A stretch of 64,000 bases of DNA from Torpedo marmorata (Eukaryota): NCBI GenBank assembly GCA_977017645.1, contig OZ360220.1, positions 297,972,001-298,036,000 of the forward strand. Direction: 5' to 3'. Positions 13,472-26,336 of the stretch are shown here, in pieces. Below the pieces are notes generated by a model. It had not been told where the DNA came from. It made no database searches and saw nothing but the letters and a program-made list of their open reading frames with translations. A program made the position numbers and the translations under genes. The first letter of the stretch is position 1. Every line of letters begins with the position of its first letter.

Positions 13472-14783
13472 GAACATTAAAATGCACAACTTTGAATCCA
13501 TCTGCCTGTTTGGAAACATCAGAATCGAGGCGACTATATTGAACAGCCAAGGGCTGAAAAATCTCCTCAGAAAGACGAGAACTCCTTTTCCTCCATATAA
13601 TTATGGAGGTTGCAAGAAAGTTATGAGAGCATATGATTTGTGAGAATATATACCTAATTAGTGGACCATTAATTACAAGAACAAAACCATCCATTGGAGG
13701 ATTACACTCCCCTCTGCTGACTCCTTGAATATGTTTCTATTAGAATAATAAGAAAAATCATCTGTAGAACTGGGCTTTGAGGAAAGCTCTACAATAAAAC
13801 TAGGCTTCTCCGTTTCAACACCATGAATGAACTATTTATAGATACTGTGTCATGACCAGCAGAGATTTCTAAGTATCCCTAAAAAGGGAACTGACCAGAT
13901 AACTTGTGTGTGAGTCATCATCAAACTTGCAAGTGGAGATACTGTGCTAGTCCCGACAAATTCTATTTATACCCAGATGGTTAGGAGATCACGTAAAAAG
14001 AACAGACCAGAAATAGAGAACTGAGAAAATAAACCACCCCACATTTTCTAGACTGCACGTGATAGAAAAAGAAGCTGCAAAATTTAGCTAGCCAGTGGCT
14101 CAGTTAGAAGATAAGAAATAAAGGATAATAATGAAGGAAGCATGGCTCCAGTAAAATGTTGTTGCTGTCCTCCATTCCAGTGCTGAGTTGCTCATATGGA
14201 CCATAGTTTTGTAGGACTGGTCGAGAGCAAGTCTGGAGCAGAATTTCAGGCACTCCCAACTATGGGTAAGCAAATTAGAGAATTACCATACTTGTTCCAG
14301 GTAAGACATCACTCAAGGAACTCTTGGCCAGATTGTCTATTGTGTCAGATGCACACCCTTGGAGAATGGGCAAAATCAGATTTAATTTATTGAATGCTCA
14401 CCAAAATTATAAAATAAATAGATTGTGGTAAAATAAAGCTCTTTTAATAATAACCAATTTCAAGATTTGCAAAGTGCAGCTAATTATGAAAATTGGTCTT
14501 TCTTCTATGCACCTAATTATCCAAAGCAGTGGAACAGTTTCAATATAGCTATAGTAAGCGAGAATAGGCTTTGTCTATTATTGTGAACTTTAATTCAGTT
14601 ACTAAAGAATAAAATGTACATATGAATTGTAAAATTCTGAATTCCCACCATGTTGTCTGGAGCTACAAATGTGCTAAATGGGATGGACTCAGAACAGATC
14701 TGGCAGCTCAAAAACTGGCCATTCACAAGGCACTGTGGACCATCAAGGCAGCAGAAATTGACACTGGCGTAATCTTGTAATCA

Positions 14784-15373
14784 GAAGTAAAACACAAAAA
14801 TCTGTGGACACCGTGGTTGAAGTAAAAAACACAAATGCTGGAGAAACTCAGCAGGTCAAACAGTGTCTTTTATGTAGCAAAGGTAGAAATACATAACCGA
14901 CGTTTCGGGCTTGAGCCCTTCATCAAAGTATGAGAAAATGCCGGTAGGCGTCCGAACAAAAGAGTGAGGGGGGAAGGGGGATGGCAAAGGCAGGAGATGA
15001 TAGGTGGAGAAAGGAGGGAGGGGACAGCAGCAAAGAGGGGGAGGAGGGATGGCTAGGTAGCTGGAGAAAAACAGGAAGGACAGGTGAGGGGGGAGGGGAA
15101 GGGAACGACAAGCAGGTTTAGTGGAAAGCAGAAAAGTCAATGTTAATGCCATCTGGCTGGAGAGTGCTGAGACGGAATATGAGATGTTGTTCCTCCAATT
15201 TGAGGGTAGTCTGGGTGGGATAGTACATGAGGCCATGGACAGACATGTGAGTGTGGGAGTGTGACCCGGAATTGAAATGGTTGGCTACTGGGAGGTCGCT
15301 GTTGTTGCGGACGGAGAGGAGGTGCTCAGCAAAGCGGTCTCCCAATCTACGACCGGTCTCTCCAATGTAGAGA
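14784..15373 (-). mobile_element. Penelope-like element 3' fragment with intact hammerhead motif (14892-14932)
   Basis: LYIGETGRRLGDRFAEHL...EEQHLIFRLSTLQPDGIN; tail nearly identical to 1836-2133. Confidence 0.9.
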
Positions 15374-16479
15374 AAGGGATGTCTCAGCATATTTCTCACT
15401 CTACCATTACTCTCAAGCTCAGGAGTCAACCCTAGTTCAATGAGAAATGTCATGTGGGAAACAGAAAAAGGCATACCTAAAAATGATGTTCCAGCCTATT
15501 TAAGATGCAATCCAGGACTATTTGCTTGATGAACAAAAAGAAATCAGTGTGCAATAGATGGAGCTAGGTGATTTCACAAAAGATGAGTTCAAAGCTCTGC
15601 TATCCTACCATATCCAATCCTGTACAGTGGTGGCCAATTAATCAGCTAACCAGAAGAGGACACTCCAGGAAAATCCCCTTTCTCACTGATGGTGGGACCA
15701 GGCATGTGAGTGCTCAAGACAAGGCTAAAACATCCATACTCATGATCAGACACAAGGGCCAAATAGGTGATCCATCTTGGAGACACGAGAGATGGCAGAT
15801 GGTGGAATCTAGAGCAAACAAAAATACAAAACAGCTGGAGGAACTCAGCAGGTCAAGCAGCATCTGTGGAGGCAAAAGCATGGTTGAAGTTTTGCGTTGA
15901 GATCCTGCCTCAGGACATCTTGGCCTACTCCTGAATGACCCACAATCACAAAGGCAGGCTCCAGTTAATTTGGTTCACTCCGTGTGATATAGAGAAATGG
16001 CTGAGAGCACCAGATACAACAGAGATGATGAGACCAGACAATATTTGAACATCTGTTTTCAAGAACGACCCTCACCTTCCAGTACACTCACAACGTCATC
16101 TAACATTCACACTTTCACTGAAGCAGGAATCATTGGTAAATCTCAAGGGCACCGAAGTCCACTCATATCTTCTGAATGAAACCGATGTTAAATGTGGTTC
16201 AGAAGTTTTTTTTTGGGGGGGTGGGGAGATTCCAGGATGTTGACACCTTCAGCCTCAGAATCTAAAAGGTGAAAATGTCAAGATCTGAACACAAAATCAA
16301 AGTGCTGCATCGAGAAAATGTGTCTGCACTTTGACCTCCTTCATTGTTTGTAAAGTAGTGAAGGATGTTTTGCTGTGATGAATGGAAGCAAGTTCAATGT
16401 TTTTTTTCCTGAATTACTCCGTTCCTGCTGCTTTAAACTAGAATTGGTGCAGTCTTCAGATAAGATATCCAGATGAACC

Positions 16480-16760
16480 TGTCTCGATGGAGGTAATGGT
16501 ATCCATGGCAATATTTCAAAGGGCAGGAGTTCTCTTTTATGTTCTGGGAAATAGTTATCTTTTAACGAATATAATGAAAGAAAGAGAAATTATCTGATTA
16601 TTACTATGTTGCTGTTTTGGGATCACAGTTGAGTGAAAACTTGCTTTAGTATTTCCAGCATAACAATGACTCACTTGAAGTGTGTCTGCCCATTAAACAT
16701 CTTTCACTGGCTGTAATATATTTTAGGATATCCTGCTGTGGTGAATGGCATTGAATTCTT
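16480..16760 (+). mobile_element. Old Deu-domain SINE (SacSINE1/AmnSINE1-like) relic
   Basis: ATCCATGGCAATATTT..GGGCAGGAGTTCTC..TTATCTGATTATTA..TTGCTGTTTTGGGA..CACTGGCTGTAA resembles the Deu-domain consensus. Confidence 0.6.
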
Positions 16761-17979
16761 TTTTCTTCTTTCTGAATGATGCAGGTCCTGGTTTTAACCC
16801 AGAAGTAGCTTTCATGGAATCAGTGTTTGAATCATGGTTGATATATCTAGTGAAATACCAAAGTTATGTAATCGGCTGCCTACAAGTAAACATTCTCTTA
16901 CAGTTAGTTCTACTATAGTTAAACTCAAAATATGTGACAGGAATAAGTTTCATATTGAGCTCACAGCAACGGGGTTCAACAATATTCAGAACCATGAGCA
17001 ATTGGCTGGTTTTTTAATATCCTGAAATATCAGACTATAAAAGAAAAGTTAATGGTTTTTATGGTACGTAGACATCAATGAGGCTGTGCCCATTGTTCAG
17101 TTAATTTAATCTGTCAGTACGCCTCACATGAAGAATTAGGTGCTAACTTGATGGAACGCTGAAAGCTTCAGCAAAGTCTTAATTTAAAATGAACAGTACT
17201 GTTATTGTCAGCAATTCCAGGCAAGGATAACTGATGATGTATTTAACTCTGGCTTCAATTCTGCATATATAAATAACACAGCAGCTTAAGGTTTGACCCA
17301 GCAAAGATAATTAACAAAAATCAATACTGAGGGCTCTTGTCGCTGTTTCTTCCGATCTACATGATACATAAAAGGAAATGACATTGCACATTTGAACAAG
17401 CGCAGCCTTTAAAAAATAATATTGCATCGATTCCTGCAAATGCAATTAGTTTCAACTTCTCTCAGCACATATTAAATCAAAGAATACAACTTATTTTATG
17501 CTGAGAAAAGATACAAGATGAGACTGGTTTGGTCCATTTCCTTTTCCACAGTATTGATTTAATGAGCTCCTCACACTTTTGCAGCACTGATACAGTTCTC
17601 ATCGCCTTCACCCTTGGGTCTGAAATTAACATTAATGCTTTGCAAACAAGGCCTGGAATGACAAGGGATTTCACCTTGGAGGAACTGCTCTATTTATCTC
17701 TCAGTAAGGAGGAGACACCATGTAACATCAGTGTGCTGCTGAGCATTCTGGGCAACACATCAGCAACACTGGGTTGTGATGTTTCAAAGAAAGGTCACAA
17801 AGTGTGAACTTGAATGAAGCAACTACTGATTTACTCCTAGCGCAAGTGCAGGCACAAAACCGATAGCATGCTGCGGCTTCATACTTGCCCAATTCTATGG
17901 TTACATTTCCTATCATGCAGAGGAAAGAAGGTGTTTCTGTTACATTAACATGTTGCACAAGAAAAGACTCAACAACACA

Positions 17980-18892
17980 AATACGAAAAACATTTTTTTT
18001 TATTCTGATTGCCAAATTATTTAAGGCAAGTATAAAAAATGAAAGCATTCAATATACACTTTACATAAAATAAACTAGATTACAGCATAAAATAAGTAAC
18101 CAGGCAACTGCGCAAGTTCTTCCTAAATCTGGATAATTGTAAACATTTAAAACTGCCAAACTAGTTCAAGTAATAAACAATCACAGATGTCTTCTTGTAT
18201 GGGTGGGTGGAGGGGGGTATGTAGGCTATGGGGTAATCAGCCATTCAATATCATAAAGACATTTTATATTCACAGATGCTCATTATTTTCCATTTCAAAC
18301 CTGTACATTATATACACAATCTAATGACCCTCAGAGCCCTCTGCTTGTATAATCTTCACAATAAACAACAAAGCAGTGGACATATGAATACAGTTAGCAC
18401 ACAGATGCATTTAAATAGTTTTTTCAAGGAGCCATCAAGTATACGTATACACTGTACCAAAGTGTCACTGTCACAGCTAGCCTCTCTGAGGGGCTACAGA
18501 ATCTGTCTGAATGCCATACACGGTTCAAGGAAACACCTATCCAGAACAGTATGCTCTATAAAACCAAGCAATTGTTGTCTTTTACTGATAACACTGTCAG
18601 GAAACAGAAACGTACTGTGACAATTGCCAACAATAACCGACCCTGCCGTTGTGAGCCTGGTTACCAATTAAAAAAAAAAAGCAAAAAGTTAAAGAATATA
18701 TTTCAACAGAAGTTTAATTACAGCAACATTTGTAACTCAGTTATAAAATTTTCAATTTACAAATATGAAATGACTGGTTTTGCCTGACATCAAGGCATTT
18801 GAATTCAACACCATGGAACTGATGTCTGTATAAACCTCTTCTTCACGTGATCCAGTCACATGAGTTTAATTCAATATACACTCGCGATGCCA
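17980..18892 (-). other. ZNF608: ZNF608 3'UTR
   Basis: TE-free AU-rich stretch between the stop codon and the polyA signal; contains UGUAUAUA (18309-18316). Confidence 0.7.
17999..18004 (-). promoter_or_regulatory. ZNF608: ZNF608 polyadenylation signal AATAAA
   Basis: AATAAA on the minus strand followed by a U-rich tract and GU-rich element (TTTGTGTTGTTGAGTCTTTT), ~0.9 kb after the stop. Confidence 0.7.
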
Positions 18893-18899
18893 TCACTCC
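18893..18899 (-). CDS. ZNF608: ZNF608 terminal exon, coding part (AG|G GAG TGA = R-E-stop)
   Basis: Polypyrimidine acceptor TTTTGTCTTGGTCTTTGGCAG then GGAGTGA; gives the C-terminus QRRE* as recalled for human ZNF608. Confidence 0.8.
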
Positions 18900-19091
18900 C
18901 TGCCAAAGACCAAGACAAAAGATTAAAAGAGATTACAAGCAGTCCAATAGTCCCTTTAGGCAGCAGTGAATATCCAGAGGTAGAATTAGCTACCCAGATT
19001 TATGGTAAGGAATCCTGAAACAGGTGCTTAGATCCCTAACTGCATATGTAAAGGGACTAAAACATTTTGAGCATGAGTTGCAAGTCTACAC

Positions 19092-19297
19092 CAGCCATTC
19101 TCAACCTTTTATTGGCAATGGCCCTCCAAGGACTTTGCTCAAAGTCTATAGGCCCCCTTCCCTGTGAAGCGGTCAAGTTTTGGTTTCTTCCGTACTTCTC
19201 TCCTACTGACTACATTAAAAAATATTTATGTTACGTGAGGTGAAAATAAAACAAAGTTTTTACTTAAATGTGTTGTGGCCCCCGTTGAGAATGGCTG
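19092..19297. mobile_element. hAT (Charlie-like) MITE
   Basis: 14-bp TIR CAGCCATTCTCAAC / GTTGAGAATGGCTG; imperfect TSD gtctacac/gttctact. Confidence 0.75.
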
Positions 19298-19359
19298 GTT
19301 CTACTCTTATGCTAAGGACAAGAGCCGTGAACTAGAATATGGAATGTGCCACTAATGTC

Positions 19360-20230
19360 TGCAGAACACCTGGACAACAAGAACACTCACGTCAGTCTAC
19401 TATCTACTGATTACAGCTCTGCCTTCAACATAATAGTACCAAACAAACTCATTCCCAAACTACGTGACCTTGGCCTCAGCACCTCTCTCTGCAATTGGAT
19501 ACATGATTCCCTATCCTGCAGGCTACAATTGGTGAGGATTGGAAAAAGCACCTCATCCTCGATCATCCTCAACACTCGGACATCACAAGGCTGTGTACTC
19601 AGCCTCCTACAATACACCCTGTACATCCATGACCATGTGGCCAATCGCTGCACCAACTTCATCAATAAATTTGTGAATGACACCACTGTGGTGGGCAGGA
19701 TCTCTAACAACGACAAGTCAGAATACAGAAGGGAGATAGAAGGATGAGTGGCCTCCACAGGGGCACTCCTGAAAGCATCCTCTCGGGGTGGATTACTGTA
19801 TGGTACAGGAACTGCTCCACCCAAGACCGCACAAAAACTGCAGAAGGTTGTGAACGTGGCTCAGGCCATCGCACAGGCCCCTCCCCTCCATATATCACTC
19901 TCGCTGTCTTGGAAAAGCAGCCAACATATTAAAAGACTCATTCCATTCCCGGCCACGCTCTCAACCCCTCCCATCAGGAAGAATTTTAACAAGTGTGAGG
20001 TAACTCACCACCAGATTCAGTTTATTTCCTGCTGTTATCAGACACCTAAGTGAACCTTAAAATAGTAAAATTATGTTGTCTTTGTTCTGTACCAACTGAC
20101 CTCTCTCTGTAACTTTGCATTTTTGTACCGTGTCTTACTTGTACTCTGAATGTGATGTCTAACTGGTCTGCTCAAAAAACAACCTCTAGCAATGCATCTT
20201 GGCACGTGACGACAAACTTGAACTTGAACA
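19360..20230 (+). mobile_element. Rex1/Babar LINE RT fragment with internal deletion
   Basis: EHLDNKNTHV.LL..DYSSAFN.IVP.KL, SQGCVLS, KFVNDTTVVG; ESILSGWITVWY; tail GTGACGACAAACTTGAACTTGA. Confidence 0.8.
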
Positions 20231-20268
20231 TTTCAATTGGACAGTTGTCCTTTAAGTATATTCCTCAC

Positions 20269-20350
20269 CTTCTCTGTGCAGGGAAAATGGCAGATGCAGA
20301 AGCTTGTGCAGCCACCTGCTGACCGGCAACAATGGCAGCGGACGTCAGCC
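20269..20350 (-). CDS. ZNF608: ZNF608 penultimate coding exon ([28 protein letters not shown])
   Basis: Acceptor tttttacag, donor AG|gtgagg; phase 1 in, phase 2 out; matches the ZNF608 C-terminus. Confidence 0.92.
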
Positions 20351-20552
20351 CTGTAAAAAGTACACAAATTCAGAATTAGTGGGACTCGTGATCAACATAT
20401 CCCAGAACTGAAGAAAATTGTAACTCTAAGAGCATTAAAATGACATGAAATGAAGATTTTCAAAGTGAAATAACTGCTTGTATTATAATAGATAACTAGT
20501 CAATAATTTATCTCCAAAAAATGAAACGTCAGTGAATGAATTAGGTGAATAC

Positions 20553-20712
20553 CTTGATATGGGTCATATTGGCCTGGTATCAGTGGGTAGCCCATTCCCA
20601 CGTGGGTGTGGTGATGGGTGTGAACATGTCGTTGTGCAAAAGGTGAATGGCGTTCTCTTTCTCGCTCTCGTTCAGCTTCCCTTTCACGTTCTGGTGGAGC
20701 CTTTTCAGCAGG
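20553..20712 (-). CDS. ZNF608: ZNF608 exon ([16 protein letters not shown]...[26 protein letters not shown])
   Basis: 160 bp, ttctctag acceptor, G|gtattc donor; conserved HTHHHTH motif of ZNF608/609. Confidence 0.93.
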
Positions 20713-21749
20713 CTAGAGAAGGAAAATATTGCACCAATTCAGAAAATGTATGATTCTGCAGAATCAGACTAATTACAATATAAATGATCAATTCCAACTC
20801 TTCAATATTTAGATCATAAACATTGATCAAGTTGCACAATTTAACATTCCATTCTCAAACCACTGGAGTAAGAATAAACTAAATAAAGGAACCAGAAACC
20901 CTTAGTTCAACAAAACCCTTTGAACAAAAATCAAAAAAGAATCATGATTATTTTAATGAAATGATAAAAGGTTGCACGCATTTAGGTAGCATTTGTCTGT
21001 GATGAACTGCGCATATATTGGTGGCTCTGCCAACAGCAGGGTATGCTGACATTTCGGATTTCCTCACAAAGCTAAAACTTTAACCAAAAATGATGCTCCA
21101 AAAATATCATATTCACTAATATGAAAATAAGAAATTATATTTGATGTTTAAAAATGTTGCTTTGAAATTGGACTGCACCCATTTTTGGTGTTTCATTTTT
21201 GGTGTTTTTTGGTAATAATGCCCACTCAGTTTGCTCACAAAACAAATTGCAAGATTGGCCAAAATCAAATTTGAAATAGGATCAGCGATTACATCCAGAA
21301 TCAGGTGCCAATATGTGACCTGCGCTGTGAGTGACAGGGTCAGGGTCCAGTCAATGGAGCGGAAAACTCTCTGCTACATAACAATCAGCCCAGTAAGGCA
21401 CCATCTTTGTGGCAACCAAACAGCATCAACACACAAGATGTCTGCCATAGAGAAAATGTTTGCAAAGACGAAAGCTCCATAATTCTCTGAAAGGGGGACT
21501 GAAGAGCAGAGATAATCAGCAGGAGGGGCACCTTGTGCATCAGGGGAAGACAGGACACCCATTAGAACTCAGTAAGAGATGACTCAAGTCCACCCCAGCA
21601 GAGACTTAAGGTGCAGAGCAATGTCACCAGAAATGCCATAATCTTACAAGATTCGTCAGCGTGAGCGTCACAACACTGTAAACAGTGTTCACACAGATTT
21701 ATCCATACAAATGCACACCCACAAAATAAACACCCAAAGTGCTGCTTCA

Positions 21750-22080
21750 TACACCTGACACACACACACACACACATACCTCACACACACACACCCACCT
21801 CACACACACATACCTGACACACACACACACAAACCACACACACACATACCTCACACACACACACACACACCCACCAACCACACACACACATACCTCACAC
21901 ACACACACACACCCACAAACCACACACACACATACCTCACACACACACACACAAACCACACACACACATACCTCACACACACACACCCACCAACCACACA
22001 CACACATACCTCACACACACACACACACCCACAAACCACACACACACATACCTCACACACACACACACCCACCAACCACA
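21750..22080. repeat. Compound (CA)n microsatellite with higher-order unit (CATACCT..CA n..CCAC/AAACCA)
   Basis: Directly visible; abuts an assembly gap. Confidence 0.95.
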
Positions 22081-22362
22081 NNNNNNNNNNNNNNNNNNNN
22101 NNNNNNNNNNNNNNNNNNNNNNNNNNNNNNNNNNNNNNNNNNNNNNNNNNNNNNNNNNNNNNNNNNNNNNNNNNNNNNNNNNNNNNNNNNNNNNNNNNNN
22201 NNNNNNNNNNNNNNNNNNNNNNNNNNNNNNNNNNNNNNNNNNNNNNNNNNNNNNNNNNNNNNNNNNNNNNNNNNNNNNNNNNNNNNNNNNNNNNNNNNNN
22301 NNNNNNNNNNNNNNNNNNNNNNNNNNNNNNNNNNNNNNNNNNNNNNNNNNNNNNNNNNNNNN
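22081..22362. other. Assembly gap
   Basis: Run of N. Confidence 1.
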
Positions 22363-23331
22363 CTCAGTGCCTGTTGCATCTTCCCTTCAGGCTAAGGCAG
22401 CAAGAAATTTGAGGGGAGATACCAGCATGTAGAAGGTGGGGAGGGGGAGACATCTGAATCTTTATAGACAGAGGGGCTACAGAGATCCAAATCACCCAAG
22501 AGTAGAGAGTATAAGAAATATGCAGGAAAGTTCATTAATATTGTTTCATTATGATGACTACTACATTGCCTTTGATTCAATCTTCAGGAAGTCTCCTTAT
22601 TTACCATTTGGGCCATGCTGTCACAATAAAGATTTAGGACACAGTTCACAATCACTACTATTTTGTAAACAGTGTTTGGTCTTTACAGGGTGTTGAGAGG
22701 AGAAACACCAGAACACCGTCACTCAAGCAGAAGGAGAAGCTGGAGTGGGGATGGGGATGAGGGTGTAAGGATGATGAAGGTAAAAATGAATAATTTTGAG
22801 ATCCTGTAACATTACCTCCAAAGATGCACTTCCTGTGGTGAGCAGGAGATCAGAGTGATCCAGGAAAATACAGCAGGAACTATTGAGCTAGAGTCTTGGG
22901 TAGACATGCTTCCACACTGCTCTACAGGGCTCAGATGAGGGCCACGACTAGGAGTTGACATCTCCAGATCATACATTCAGATAATGAGCATGTTGTCCAA
23001 CCAGTCCGACTGAACGCAGAAGGTGACAAAGAGCATGAGGACTCCAAACTACATAGGAGATTGTGTGGGTTCTGGAGTCCTGGACACTTTGCCTCAGCAG
23101 TTTATTACAAAGGTGCAGTGATAATCCTGCCACACTACACCACCTGATGCAGGTAAACACCGATAGAGGCTACATCATCTCTCTCTGTTTGTGCAGTTTC
23201 AGCCTAATCTAACTTTGAAGCCCTAAAGACACAGCAATGTGGCAGTGGGGGACAGTTTGGCATTCTCGCAGAGCAGAAGTTCACCACATGAGCACATCAT
23301 TGTCCTCACTGAGTGGTGAGATGTCATTCTT

Positions 23332-23947
23332 TTTTTTAAAATTAAATATTTTATTTAAAATTTTAAATCACAAAATACATAGAATAAAATATAAAATTAT
23401 CAAAAATACTTGTGATACATTTTCACCCCCCTCCCACCCTCCCCTCCCCAACCCTGCCAACCCCACTAATCTAATAAAATATAAAAAAGAAAGAAATAGA
23501 GGAGAAAAAGATAAAGTAAGGAGAATGTCAATCTAATAAATACATCTATAAACTAATTCTATTATGGAGGTTAGGTAGCTAGTAGATCCAATGTCCAGAG
23601 ATCTTCAAATCCTTAATCCAACAGCTTTCATATAAGGGCTCCATATTTTCAAAAAGAAATGATATTTATTCCGTAAGTTATAAGTAATTTTTTTCAAGTG
23701 GTATACATGAACGAAGTTCTGCATGCCATCTTTCTAGCCCTAAATCAACATCAGATTTCCAAGTAATAGCAATGCATTTCTTTGAAACAGCTAAAGCAAT
23801 TCGCAAAAATTCTACTTGATACATATTTAATTTCATCTTAATACTAAATTTTTTTATATCTCCAAACAAAAATATTATAGGATCCATCGGAAATATAATC
23901 TTAAATACTTTATCTAAAATTTTTTTTAACTTTAAACCAAAAATCAT
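23332..23947 (-). mobile_element. L1-clade LINE 3' end with 13-bp TSD
   Basis: Same family as 4291-5010 (KKCIAITWKSD..WHAELRSCIPLEK); TSD AGATGTCATTCTT at 23319-23331 and 23948-23960. Confidence 0.9.
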
Positions 23948-24481
23948 AGATGTCATTCTTAAGCAGACTGGTACTCTCAATGGACACAAGAATGTTCCCC
24001 ATCAAGAGTTCATGGTTCTTCAGGAGATCAGTGACGGGGTCTTCTGCACCACAGAGGTGCAGCACATGAAGAGACTGCTCTCCTAGTGGAGAAGAGAGAC
24101 ATAATTCATGGGTCGATTTCTCTCAAACAGGTGCAGGAATGTGACAGGTTGATCCTGTCTTTCTCTTGGTCCTGTAGGAGTGGCAATGTATCACGACATT
24201 CACATACATCCTCAGAATGCACAGAGAGCTAATTCCAACGAGAAGTGTGGACCCAGGTACACTGTGCTATGGGGCTGTCACACTGCATCTGAGTGCTAAT
24301 AGGTTGCTGCACCAGTGTCCAATCAGCCACCTGACACAACTCCTGGAAGGAAATGCTGCCTAACCTCACATGCTTACCACCTCAACTCCCATTTCACCCT
24401 CTCGGGCAGCATGCCATCCCTAGTCCCAAGCTGTTCCTTCAGTTGGCACTATGCAGCCACCTGAAGCCAAACCGCCTAGGG

Positions 24482-24859
24482 CAGTGGTTTTCAAACTGCC
24501 CCCCTAAACTCACATTCCACCTTAAGCAATCCCTATGCCATAAGTGCTCTCTGATTAGTAATGGATTGCTTAAGTTGGTATGTGAGTGGGGAAAAAAAAA
24601 GGTTTGAAAACCACTGTTTTAATCGTACCTAATTGACTCGTTATGTGCACGGTTTCATAACTCCAAAGGAAATGGGCCAATGAAAATTTTTCTCAAGCAA
24701 AATATTTCAGTAACAATTGGGTCTAGAGCAGTGGTTCTCAAACTTCCCTTCCCACTCACATACCACCTTAAGCAATCCCTTACTAATCACAGAGCACTTA
24801 TGGCATAAGGATTGCTTAAGGTGGAATGTGAGTTTAGGGGGGCAGTTTGAAAACCACTG
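24482..24859. mobile_element. Composite hAT/Charlie-like MITE: two inverted ~133-bp units around a spacer
   Basis: Units 24482-24616 and 24729-24859, each bounded by CAGTGGTT(T/C)TCAAA...TTTGAAAACCACTG; the second is preceded by GTCTAGAG. Confidence 0.8.
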
Positions 24860-25139
24860 GTAGAGCAAGAGGTTCTCTTGAGTCCTTCAAGGACATCAAA
24901 CGTTCTGCAGCCAGACTGCAGTCACACTGGGAACACTGTGACATTGTGCAAGGATTTTCAGACCCACTTACAAAGTTGTGAATCAGGAAAAGCACCTGCA
25001 CAGGCATATTAATTAACTGCAAAGCATTATTATTTCCAGTCAATTGATCAGGCTTTGTTGCAAAATATTCTCACAACACCAGCACAGTTGAAAAGCATTC
25101 TCATTTAGTACAAGTAACATACTTAACTGTGTAAAGTCA

Positions 25140-25540
25140 CAATGCATACATCAGGATGCTCTTTATCGACTACAGTTCAGCATTTAACACTATCATCCCC
25201 TCAAAATTGATCTCCAAGACCTGGGACACAACACCCACTGTGTAATTGGATCCTGGATTTCCTCACCTCTAGACCACAATCAGTGAAGATTGGTAAGAAC
25301 TTCTCCTCCACAATCTCCATCAGAACTGGAGCACCACAGGGCTGTGTTCTTAACCCCCTGCTCTACTCGCTTTACACCTATGACTGTGTGGCTTGGTACA
25401 ACAACACCATCTACAAATTCGCTGACGATACCACATTAATGGGTTGTATAAAAAGGGGCGATGAGTCAGCATACAGGAGGGAGATTGTAAACTTGGTTGA
25501 AAGGTGTATCAACAAGAACCTCGCACTCAATGTCACCAAG
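25140..25540 (+). mobile_element. Rex1/Babar LINE RT fragment
   Basis: [44 protein letters not shown]. Confidence 0.85.
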
Positions 25541-26002
25541 CTAAACGTGCCATTGTTGCAATTGTCCTGCTATTGCTCATACATCACCAGTTATGCCTCA
25601 CTGTGCACCTTGAAATAGTCAGTGGTGCAGTGGCTTAACATGAACCTCAGATGAAGACTCATGACCGAGTTCCCACTGCTGACTGTGATTTTGAACTCCA
25701 CTGTCCTTAAAAATTGGTGCCTTAACTGCATTTCCCACCCAAAAAATGTAAATCTGATCAATATAGTGCGATATGCATTATTCTCCTCTGCTGTGGTTAC
25801 AATGCAGACTAGCGACAGAAGGATTCAAGATTTCAAACACTGTTTATTACCCCTGCAGAGAGGAGTTGACCTGAGGAAAGTGTTTTTGTCCAGAGGTCAT
25901 TGTTGAGCAACGTTTCAATGTAATGAGGTTTGATTGGTCATTTGGCTGATTAATGATGTTTTATGTTTGAATTAAGGGCAAAATGGAATGCTCTGTTTAT
26001 GG

Positions 26003-26336
26003 CCTTCATCAAGGTATGGAAGAATGTCAGCAGGCGTCCAAACAAAAGGATGGGGGGGAAAGGGGGGGGGGGCAAAGGCAGGAGATGATAGGTGGAAAAG
26101 GGAGGGAGGAGACAGCAGCGATCAGGGGGAGTGGGTGGGTGGGTGGAAGGGGAAGGGAGGGGGGAGAACTGGAAAAACTGGAAAGGGGGAGGGGAAAAAA
26201 GGGCTCAAGCCCGAAACGTCGGTTATGTATTTTTACCTTTGCTACATAAAGGACACTGTTTGACCAGCTGAGTTTCTCCAGAATTTTGTGTTTTTACTTC
26301 AACCACGGTGTCTATAGATTTTCGTGATTTACTTCT
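26003..26336. mobile_element. Penelope pseudo-LTR fragment with internal inversion breaking at the hammerhead
   Basis: 26003-26200 is the minus-strand upstream tail ending ..CATACCTTGATGAAGG; 26201-26336 is plus strand starting GGGCTCAAGCCCGAAACGTC. Confidence 0.8.

Noticed and set aside
22380-24420. Possible degraded Harbinger transposase or Myb-SANT remnant
   Set aside because: The composition is suggestive, but no motif or TIR could be read with confidence
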